Source: Gammaproteobacteria bacterium (GTDB taxonomy: Bacteria; Pseudomonadota; Gammaproteobacteria; Steroidobacterales; Steroidobacteraceae). Taken from it: a DNA stretch of 32,000 nt. Shown here in pieces: positions 17,211 to 23,666 of the stretch (the first letter of the stretch is position 1; each line of letters opens with the position of its first letter). The notes below the pieces were generated by a model that saw only the letters and a program-made list of their open reading frames with translations, had not been told where the DNA came from and ran no database searches. The DNA is taken from contig VGVG01000004.1 in NCBI GenBank assembly GCA_016874055.1, positions 123 through 32,122 of the forward strand. The letters are read 5' to 3'. Position numbers and translations under genes: made by a program.

Positions 17211-17296
17211 GTGTTCTATCGTGTTTTCCAGTGTTTCCGCAGTGTTCGATTGTGTTTCCAGTGTGTTCTGTATGTTTGAGATATCTGTGTTTGATC
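17211..17296 (+). repeat. phased iteron-like GTGTT(T)YC repeats
   Basis: GTGTT starts at 17211, 17221, 17231, 17242, 17252 and 17263 (10-11 bp spacing), with another at 17287. The array lies in a 510-bp non-coding stretch between the recombinase and Rep-like genes. Confidence 0.6.
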
Positions 17297-17365
17297 GAAG
17301 CAGAGTGAGTTATGTGATGTGAGCGAGAAGTAAGTGATGGCATTATTTACGGACACGATTAAGCA

Positions 17366-17389
17366 ATTAAAGCCGAGTGCGGCTTTAAT
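17366..17389. other. perfect 10-bp stem / 4-nt loop hairpin just downstream of the Rep-like gene
   Basis: ATTAAAGCCG-agtg-CGGCTTTAAT, 35 nt past the Rep-like stop (17424). There is no strong U-tract, so it may be a terminator or an origin/nick-site hairpin. Confidence 0.35.
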
Positions 17390-17423
17390 GCGAGATAGCA
17401 AGAGGCAAACGAGGCCGATAATG

Positions 17424-17951
17424 CTATTTGACTAATGTCCAAAGCACATTGTCGCTGTGCTTTGAGCCTGTCTCTTTCGTTATGTATTCCAGCCAGCCCG
17501 AGTCGGCAATGTCGACTTCGTGCTGCAGGTCTATGTCCGCGACGTGCTGTTTGGCTTGGCGGACAAGGGAATCAAACTGATTGAACTTAAACTGAGGCGG
17601 CAGATTGCCGATTGCGAAGTGTATGTGCAGGTTTTTGCCGCTACATTCGCCCTCCAACACTGGCAAGTACGACAGCGTTTTGCCGTATTTCTCGGCGGCA
17701 TATCGACCAAACACGACACGATTAAGTTTTTGCTGGAATCGGCGTGTGGTGCGTTCGACATCGGCACGAGTAATGCGGCGGTAATAAGTACCACACGGCG
17801 TTTGGACGCGGACAGACTGCTTGAGTGTCAGCGTCAATGCTAATGGATGCGTTTTGGCGAATGTCGTCAGCCAAAGTCGCGTCGCGGCTTTCGTAGTTTG
17901 CTGCGTATTTGGCACATAGCCGACGCGGCTGCGTATGTCGTTCAACTTCAT
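17424..17951 (-). CDS. minimal HUH-superfamily rolling-circle replication initiator-like protein (175 aa from the ATG, 181 aa from TTG 17969)
   Basis: Three RCR motifs in canonical order: motif I ALTLTLK (FLTLT-like), motif II NLHIHFAIG (HUH plus hydrophobics) and motif III LEYITKE (YxxK). It is adjacent to an iteron-like array. Identified by motifs only. Confidence 0.55.
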   Translation of the reverse strand: MKLNDIRSRVGYVPNTQQTTKAATRLWLTTFAKTHPLALTLTLKQSVRVQTPCGTYYRRITRADVERTTRRFQQKLNRVVFGRYAAEKYGKTLSYLPVLEGECSGKNLHIHFAIGNLPPQFKFNQFDSLVRQAKQHVADIDLQHEVDIADSGWLEYITKETGSKHSDNVLWTLVK

Positions 17952-17968
17952 ACAGTTATTTAGTCGCA

Positions 17969-17998
17969 ACCAAATAAAACTAGTTATTTTTATTTGGT
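17969..17998. other. AT-rich 11-bp-stem hairpin between the 151-aa ORF and the Rep-like gene
   Basis: ACCAAATAAAA-(8 nt)-TTTTATTTGGT. It lies between stop 18004 and the Rep-like start region. It may be a terminator, an operator or an origin element. Confidence 0.35.
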
Positions 17999-18003
17999 AT
18001 GTG

Positions 18004-18459
18004 CTAACTGATTGATTGGATCGGCTTTATTGCTGGCGGCGCTGCGGCTTTTGGCGTCTGCCGTGCCTTCTTTATCGCCAGCTTAGCTCTCTCCTGCTGC
18101 GCCATCGCCCGGTACTGCTTGGCTTGCTGGGTGAGAGCTTGGATGCGCTGCTGTTCGGGTGTTTTGGGTGCTTGGGTTTCTGGCACATAGCGACGCACAG
18201 TGGAGATACGTTTACGACCGTAGAGGTGTTCCGCCGCTCGCTGTGCATCCGCAGCACTTTCGGCGTGGATCAGCGTTCTAAAGTTGCCAATGCCAGGCAC
18301 GCTGACCGACACCTCAAACGCTTTGTATCTGCCGTCAATTTCGTAAAGCCGCATACAGATATTTAGCGGCAGTACAGTCGGCTGGGTTTGGCTGTCAACC
18401 GAAATTGCCTTTTCTTTTGTTCTGGCAAATTTCGGTAGGGATAGTGAAAAACTGAACAT
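18004..18459 (-). CDS. hypothetical protein (151 aa, alternative ATG at 18354)
   Basis: ORF upstream of and co-directional with the Rep-like gene. The C-terminal third is Q/A/K-rich and coiled-coil-like. No recognisable family and no clear SD at either ATG. Confidence 0.4.
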   Translation of the reverse strand: MFSFSLSLPKFARTKEKAISVDSQTQPTVLPLNICMRLYEIDGRYKAFEVSVSVPGIGNFRTLIHAESAADAQRAAEHLYGRKRISTVRRYVPETQAPKTPEQQRIQALTQQAKQYRAMAQQERAKLAIKKARQTPKAAAPPAIKPIQSIS

Positions 18460-18498
18460 AGTGTTGCTGTGCGTTCAACAACAGAGGACACGCACACG

Positions 18499-18936
18499 AT
18501 GGCTATGTTGGCTTCACTAAAATTGACGCAGGCTAAAAAGCCCGCACAGATTCCGCCCGTTCAAGTAAGACGGAATAAACTCGTCAAACGCCTACACGAG
18601 CAGATTGAACTGGCTCGTGCTGAACAGGGCGGCAGCACCTACAGCCCCAAACGCTACAAGACTGTGACGGATGAAGAAGGAAACCGCCGCACGATTGAGA
18701 TCGCCAAACGCATCAAGCCGTGGTGGTTTGTGGGCGTGGAAGGTCGGCTCTGCCTCAATGTCCGCTACGGAGCCAAGATGCTGGAGTTGGCGAAGGGGAA
18801 AACTGCAGTGGAGATTGCCACGCAGCAAGACCTCGTACCCACGCTGGAACTGATCAAGGCCGCTGTGGAAGCAGGGGAGTTAGATCAGCAGATGAACGCC
18901 GCCTCCAACACGCTACGCAGTGGGTTCAAACGATGA
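18499..18936 (+). CDS. hypothetical protein (145 aa)
   Basis: ATG 18499 has GAGGA about 10 nt upstream. It is divergent from the 151-aa ORF with only a ~39-bp spacer. Basic N-terminus (VQVRRNKLVKRLHEQIELA). It looks like a conserved-hypothetical type, but I cannot name the family. Confidence 0.5.
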   Translation: MAMLASLKLTQAKKPAQIPPVQVRRNKLVKRLHEQIELARAEQGGSTYSPKRYKTVTDEEGNRRTIEIAKRIKPWWFVGVEGRLCLNVRYGAKMLELAKGKTAVEIATQQDLVPTLELIKAAVEAGELDQQMNAASNTLRSGFKR

Positions 18937-19069
18937 TGGCAAGATACACTGCTTAACGCTCTATTGCGTTACCGTAGCGACAAGGGAAATGGCGGCGTAT
19001 TTCGTAAATTAAGGCGAATATGCGGGAGTAACCAAGTCGAAAACGGGGCACTAACGCCGTTCAAGTGTG

Positions 19070-19108
19070 AGCGGCTGGCAGGCATAGCTAACATGCTTGT
19101 CAGCCGCT
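19070..19108. terminator. hairpin between convergent genes
   Basis: AGCGGCTGGCA-(17 nt)-TGTCAGCCGCT (10/11 pairing) between the 145-aa ORF (+) and the integrase relic (-). Confidence 0.3.
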
Positions 19109-19501
19109 ACAGTTTGGGGACAAGGATACCGTCCTTGTACTCATAATCTGCCAAGGCGTTGCTCAGCATTTTATCGAATGTGGTGTGGTAGTAGGTGCGT
19201 TCGATTTGCGAGATGCTGGTGCCGCACATCTCCGCAACCGCAGCAGGTGGTAGGTTGCTATTCACCCGCTTTGTAATGAAATAGTGACGGAAGCTGTACG
19301 GGACGAGATTGCGGTTTCCTAAGCTGATCCGCGCCTTCTCCATTAGCTTGTCGAAGTGGTAGCCGATCGCTCTTGGCGTGAGTGGCGTCTTTCCGTTGTA
19401 GCTGAAGACGAGCTTGTCGCTCAGCTCTCTTAGCACCGCGATCTCTGTCAGTTTTCTTGCCTTCGCGATGTACTGAAGATAACTGCTAAAATACCTGTGT
19501 T
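19107..19501 (-). pseudogene. tyrosine integrase, C-terminal ~130 codons only
   Basis: LVPYSFRHYFITKRV (HxxR box) and MCGTSISQIERTYYH (catalytic Tyr box). This is the same C-terminal pattern as the 450-aa integrase (YHCRHVYISYRL / VGTSLNQIEKTYDN). The upstream part is replaced by the IS21-type element starting at 19502. Confidence 0.7.
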
Positions 19502-19845
19502 TGCTTAGCGACAATTAACTTGGCCGGTTGACGACAATTGTCTTGGCCGGTGGGCACTGCCTCCGGTAATCGTCGTTGCAGATCCTCAAAGATCGTTGTC
19601 GCTGTCAGCCCCGGCGCAGCCCGCAGCCTCGGCAGGATCTCGCTCTCCCACAGCCCCTCGAGCGGATCGCGGCGCGTCCGCCACTGCCGGCGCGGCTGCT
19701 GCGACGGCAACACCGCTGCATGCTCGATCCGACGGGCTGTCCGCACGCTGATGCCTACCTTCGCCGCCGCAGCTTCCTGCGGCAGCGTGTTCCGTAACTC
19801 CTTGTATCGCTTCACTTGTTGGTCCGTTATGCGCTGGCCGGGCAT
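19486..19845 (-). pseudogene. istA: truncated IS21-family transposase gene (istA N-terminal HTH region)
   Basis: MPGQRITDQQVKRYKELRNTLPQEAAAAKVGISVRTARRIE...RRQWRTRRDPLEGLWESEILPRL matches the IstA N-terminus as I recall it. ATG 19845 has GGAGAG upstream. The frame runs out through the terminal repeat. Confidence 0.7.
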
Positions 19846-19972
19846 CGTGACTCTCCTCGTTCCCTTCGAACGAGAAATCACGACCCAACCCATCGCTGCA
19901 AGCGCCCCCGGCGGCAGCGCCCACCGGCCAAGACAATTGTCGTCAACCGGCCAAGTTAATTGTCGCTAAGCA
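19502..19972 (-). mobile_element. 471-bp IS21-family deletion derivative (miniature element)
   Basis: 54-bp perfect terminal inverted repeats (19502-19555 and 19919-19972) with TG...CA termini. Each end carries two tandem sub-repeats GACAATT(A/G)(A/T)CTTGGCCGGT, as in IS21-type multi-repeat ends. The interior is high-GC and encodes only the start of istA. No flanking target-site duplication (cctgtgtt versus gcggcata). Confidence 0.8.
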
Positions 19973-20276
19973 GCGGCATACCTTCTAGCAAACTCACGGT
20001 TTCTCTGATTCGTTACAGACTGGTATAACCTCGGGTCTAACCAACTGAAACAGGAATCTTTGTTCCATAGATCTAACGAATGGTCAGACATCTATTCTCT
20101 TACCCAACCTTTTACTCACGTTACTCACTCCTCTTTTAGGCAATAGGTCTCCAATTGGGCTCAACACCCATCAAGTACTGAATACAGGCATCTACGAAAG
20201 GATTTCGGAAAACACCAAGATCTGAGAAACCCGAGCACAACCAAGCCGCAAACGGCAGTGGTCGCGAACTATTCAG

Positions 20277-20299
20277 AGAGGCAGAGCACTTCTGCCTCT
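20277..20299. terminator. 9-bp-stem hairpin downstream of the integrase gene
   Basis: AGAGGCAGA-gcact-TCTGCCTCT followed by T-rich sequence on the + strand. It lies in a 408-bp AT-rich region with no ORF in the supplied ORF track. Confidence 0.3.
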
Positions 20300-20382
20300 A
20301 GATCTATTTATAAATTTTCGATAGGCAAAAGGCTGACAAACGCTTATTTTTTACTCTTGGTAAGTGAAGCACCGCCTAGCGG

Positions 20383-21735
20383 TTATTTTTTCTTGCCAAT
20401 ATTTTTTTGAATTTCTAAAGAAGCAATTTCAGCCTGAATATTGTCGTAGGTTTTCTCAATTTGATTGAGCGAGGTGCCTACTGCTTTTGCGACCATATAC
20501 GGATTCTTGTCGTCAAGCAGACGGTACGAAATATAAACGTGGCGGCAATGGTAAAGATCAAACCACTCAAGCCCCTTTAACTTCAATTGGGCACGCAATC
20601 CTCGCTTGTAGAAGTCATAGAACTTTCCGCGAGCAGCGGAGTGAGCAGGATAAATCTTGCTTCGCTTGGATCCGTCCTCAAACATCGCGAAGACGAAGTC
20701 ATCTTCTCGCTTGTGAATCGCGTGCTCTTTTAACCAACGCAAAAGATGATTCACCTTTTGTCCGTTGTCGTAGGTTCGAGCTGAAATTGTAGTGTTCCGA
20801 TCTTTGCTTTTCTTGCTTGTTTCTGCGCGAACGCGAATCGTCACAATTTGACTTTCAGCGTCTATGGTGAGGTCTTTGTTTCGCAAGCCGAACAGTTCAC
20901 CTGATCGGAGTCCGCAATTACTGATCGTCAGAAAAGCCTGTCGAACCATACTCTTGTAGTAAACGTCTTTCGGCGAATCAGATTCTTTCGGAGAGGACCA
21001 AGTATTCAGAATTCGGACTACTTGGTTGTACTGCTCAAAAGTTACACGCTTGCGTTTAGGTTCAGGCGTTTTGAACGTGTCCCAACGTGGTATTGCTCTT
21101 TCAGATGATAGTTTTTTCTCATACGCCCATCTGAACGCTGCTCTGATCTGTAACAGTTCATCACGTATCATCGAGAGCGATGCTTGGTTTTTAGTTTTGC
21201 CTCTGACTTCTAACTCGCGCCAAGGCAAGTATTGATTCCATAGGTTCCCATCCACAGTACTTACTTTAGTATTGAGGGCAAGACTCAGCTTTTGGTGAAG
21301 AAATCTTTTTCCGTGCCCAAGACGACAGTGAATGTTTTTCAACGTGGAGGGTCTTTTCAGTCCTCTGCGTACTTGATCGTCCAAATGCTTGCCGTACTGA
21401 CGAAACACATCACCAAGATTCAAGCTCTGAATCTGATGACCACTTTTTATCTCTGAGAGCAATTCTAAGTAACGATCTTCGGCAAGTTTTTTCGCCTCCC
21501 TTAAAGAGTTCGTTTTCAACGACTCTTTGTAGTCGTTTTTCTTGCCCTTCACGCGAAACTTGAAATACCAAACTCCACGCGCGACGGCAGCTGATAGATC
21601 ACCGCCCTTCGGTCGTAGTTGATCGCCGCGACGAAAAAGAGTCAGTTTTCGACTCCCCACCGTAAGTTCGTGCTTCTCGAGGAACGAGAACCCCTTGCCG
21701 TACCTAGACTTTGCGGCGTTGCTAGAGCGACCCAA
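20383..21735 (-). CDS. int: tyrosine-type site-specific integrase (island integrase, 450 aa)
   Basis: GLRSGELFGLR (Arg I), YHCRHVYISY (HxxR) and LNQIEKTYDN (Tyr). It has a long N-terminal arm-binding-type region, is about 40% GC, and lies 320 bp from the guaA stop. Start is TTG 21735 (no upstream ATG; GTG at codon 26 is possible). Confidence 0.85.
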   Translation of the reverse strand: MGRSSNAAKSRYGKGFSFLEKHELTVGSRKLTLFRRGDQLRPKGGDLSAAVARGVWYFKFRVKGKKNDYKESLKTNSLREAKKLAEDRYLELLSEIKSGHQIQSLNLGDVFRQYGKHLDDQVRRGLKRPSTLKNIHCRLGHGKRFLHQKLSLALNTKVSTVDGNLWNQYLPWRELEVRGKTKNQASLSMIRDELLQIRAAFRWAYEKKLSSERAIPRWDTFKTPEPKRKRVTFEQYNQVVRILNTWSSPKESDSPKDVYYKSMVRQAFLTISNCGLRSGELFGLRNKDLTIDAESQIVTIRVRAETSKKSKDRNTTISARTYDNGQKVNHLLRWLKEHAIHKREDDFVFAMFEDGSKRSKIYPAHSAARGKFYDFYKRGLRAQLKLKGLEWFDLYHCRHVYISYRLLDDKNPYMVAKAVGTSLNQIEKTYDNIQAEIASLEIQKNIGKKK

Positions 21736-21878
21736 TGCCTTCCCTACCCTCGTGGTTGCGTTCGCTTAAATGCCGTTTCCGTGTCTTCTAGAGGCACTTT
21801 CGAGTCCCTCCGAAAGTTTTTACTGTAAAAACTTGTCATCCTCGCGGGACAAAGCGGGAAATGCTTAGACGGCACAGA

Positions 21879-22017
21879 TAGGTAGTAACTTTAGTCTCGC
21901 CTCGGTCAGAGGCTACCTATTTTCACCGAGAGATTCGAGCACTGTAGGTAGTTCTCTAGGTAGTTGGATAGATGTAACTCGTTGACTTTATTTGAGTTAG
22001 GTAGTTTCTAGGTAGTT
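21879..22017. promoter_or_regulatory. array of TAGGTAGTT repeats (candidate integrase/Xis arm-type sites)
   Basis: TAGGTAGTAA at 21879-21888. TAGGTAGTT at 21945-21953, 21957-21965, 21998-22006 and 22009-22017. An inverted copy GCTACCTAT at 21912-20. All lie between int and the guaA stop. Confidence 0.55.
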
Positions 22018-22057
22018 TTATAAAAACCTTATAAATCAACGACTTACGTTCTTTACA

Positions 22058-22072
22058 TTACTCCCATTCAAT
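22058..22072 (-). repeat. att core at the guaA 3' end (proximal island junction)
   Basis: TTACTCCCATTCAAT (the last 4 codons plus the stop of guaA). It is repeated 14/15 at 9251-9265. Confidence 0.6.
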
Positions 22073-23656
22073 CGTCGCTGGAGGTTTACCGCTGATGTCG
22101 TATACCACACGGCTCACACCCTTGACTTCGTTGACGATGCGACGCGAACAGATGTCGAGTAATTCATAGGGCAGATGCGCCCAGTGCGCCGTCATGAAAT
22201 CAATGGTCTGGATGGCGCGTAACGCGATGACAAGATCGTGACGTCGACCGTCACCCGTCACACCCACTGACTTCACGGGCAGGAACACCGCGAATGCTTG
22301 ACTCGTCTTATTATACCAACCCGACTTGCGTAGCTCTTCGATAAAAATATGGTCGGCGAGTCGAAGCGTGTCGGCTGCAGCTTCAGTAACTTCGCCCAAA
22401 ATTCGAACTCCGAGACCGGGACCTGGGAACGGATGTCGATTCACCATCTCGGCAGGCAGTCCGAGCTCGACACCGATCTTCCGGACCTCATCCTTGAAGA
22501 GCTCGCGTAGCGGCTCGACGAGCTTGAGTTTCATTTGGGCGGGCAGTCCGCCCACGTTGTGATGACTCTTGATGACGTGCGCCTTGCCGGTCTTGCTACC
22601 AGCCGATTCGATGACGTCGGGGTAAATCGTCCCCTGCGCGAGAAATTCGACGCAGTCGCGGGCATTACCGGCCGCGAGCTTCTTCACCGCGTCATCGAAT
22701 ACCTCGACGAAAAGTCGGCCGATAATTTTGCGCTTGGCTTCGGGGTCACTCACACCCTTAAGCTCACTGAAGAATCTATCAGCAGCGTTCATCCGTATAA
22801 CTCGCACCCCGAGATTACGGGCAAAGATATCCATCACGGCGTCGCCTTCGCGATGACGCAAGAGGCCATGATCGACGAATACGCAGACCAGCTGATCGCC
22901 GATGGCACGATGCAACAAGGCCGCGACGACCGACGAGTCGACGCCGCCTGAAAGCCCGAGTAACACCTTCGATTTGCCGACCTGCTCGCGCACGCGCTCA
23001 ATCGCGTCGTCAATGATATTGCCCGGGTTCCAGCTCGCATCGCAGCCGCAGATATCGTGTAGGAATCGGGCGTATATACGCTCGCCCTGCCTCGTGTGGG
23101 TCACTTCCGGATGGAACTGCAGGGCATAGAACCGTCGCGACTCGTCCGCCATACCGGCGACGGGTACATCGCTCGTCGATGCGATCGCAGAAAATCCTGT
23201 GGGTAAGGCGACGACCTGATCGCCGTGGCTCATCCAGACGTCGAGCAGACCGTCACCCTCGGCGTTAACGCGATCTTCGATGCCGCGCAGAAGCGCTGAA
23301 TGATTACGAGCACGAACTTCGGTATAGCCGAATTCGTGGATGGCACCCGGCTCGACGCGACCGCCGAGCTGCGCCGCCATGGCCTGCATACCGTAGCAAA
23401 TGCCGAGCACAGGGGCGCCAAGCTCGAAAACAGCTTTGGGCACTACCGGAGCATTTTTCTGAGTAACAGACTCAGGACCCCCAGAGAGAATGATGCCCTT
23501 CGGTTTGAACGCACGGACATCGATATCGCGGACATCCCAGGCGTGGATCTCGCAGTACACACCGAGTTCGCGCACACGACGCGCAATTAGCTGAGTGTAT
23601 TGCGAGCCGAAGTCGAGGATGAGAACGCGGTCAGCGTGAATGTCGCGGGCAATCAT
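22058..23656 (-). CDS. guaA: GMP synthase (glutamine-hydrolysing)
   Basis: Full-length 532 aa with the GATase domain ([25 protein letters not shown]), the ATP-PPase P-loop ([10 protein letters not shown]) and the C-terminal ...KPPATIEWE. Confidence 0.97.
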   Translation of the reverse strand: MIARDIHADRVLILDFGSQYTQLIARRVRELGVYCEIHAWDVRDIDVRAFKPKGIILSGGPESVTQKNAPVVPKAVFELGAPVLGICYGMQAMAAQLGGRVEPGAIHEFGYTEVRARNHSALLRGIEDRVNAEGDGLLDVWMSHGDQVVALPTGFSAIASTSDVPVAGMADESRRFYALQFHPEVTHTRQGERIYARFLHDICGCDASWNPGNIIDDAIERVREQVGKSKVLLGLSGGVDSSVVAALLHRAIGDQLVCVFVDHGLLRHREGDAVMDIFARNLGVRVIRMNAADRFFSELKGVSDPEAKRKIIGRLFVEVFDDAVKKLAAGNARDCVEFLAQGTIYPDVIESAGSKTGKAHVIKSHHNVGGLPAQMKLKLVEPLRELFKDEVRKIGVELGLPAEMVNRHPFPGPGLGVRILGEVTEAAADTLRLADHIFIEELRKSGWYNKTSQAFAVFLPVKSVGVTGDGRRHDLVIALRAIQTIDFMTAHWAHLPYELLDICSRRIVNEVKGVSRVVYDISGKPPATIEWE

Positions 23657-23666
23657 CGCCAGAGAC

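Larger units (their letters stand above)
9251..22072. mobile_element. composite guaA-linked genomic island (mosaic, partly decayed)
   Basis: Bounded by 14/15-identical direct repeats of the guaA 3' end (9251-9265 and 22058-22072). There is an integrase next to guaA, and AT-rich and intermediate-GC segments, an IS relic and truncated genes lie inside. Confidence 0.5.

Noticed and set aside
17114-17401. ORFs 17114..17308 (+) and 17216..17401 (-) in the Rep-like gene/recombinase intergenic region
   Set aside because: Their sequences are dictated by the GTGTTYC repeat array (repetitive VF/CS peptides). They are more plausibly non-coding origin or regulatory DNA.
15741-18964. 11-bp inverted match ATAGAGCGTTA (15741-15751) / TAACGCTCTAT (18954-18964) that could flank an invertible segment for the FimB-like recombinase
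   Set aside because: The match does not extend beyond 11 bp, and the chance probability for windows chosen after the fact is only about 1%. The right copy is also part of a local palindrome. This is insufficient on its own.
19538-19969. 143-aa + strand ORF and 116-aa minus-strand ORF inside the IS21-type element
   Set aside because: They are shadow frames of the istA remnant in a 65% GC segment, and the IstA-like frame explains the region.
15773-20307. Palindromic 9-mer ATAGATCTA at 15773-15781, 20067-20075 and (reverse) 20299-20307 as possible recombination sites of a nested element
   Set aside because: A back-of-envelope estimate gives about 2-3 such 9-mer triples by chance in 6.4 kb of AT-rich DNA when both strands are allowed. 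The flanks do not extend the match. It is worth rechecking only if element ends map there.
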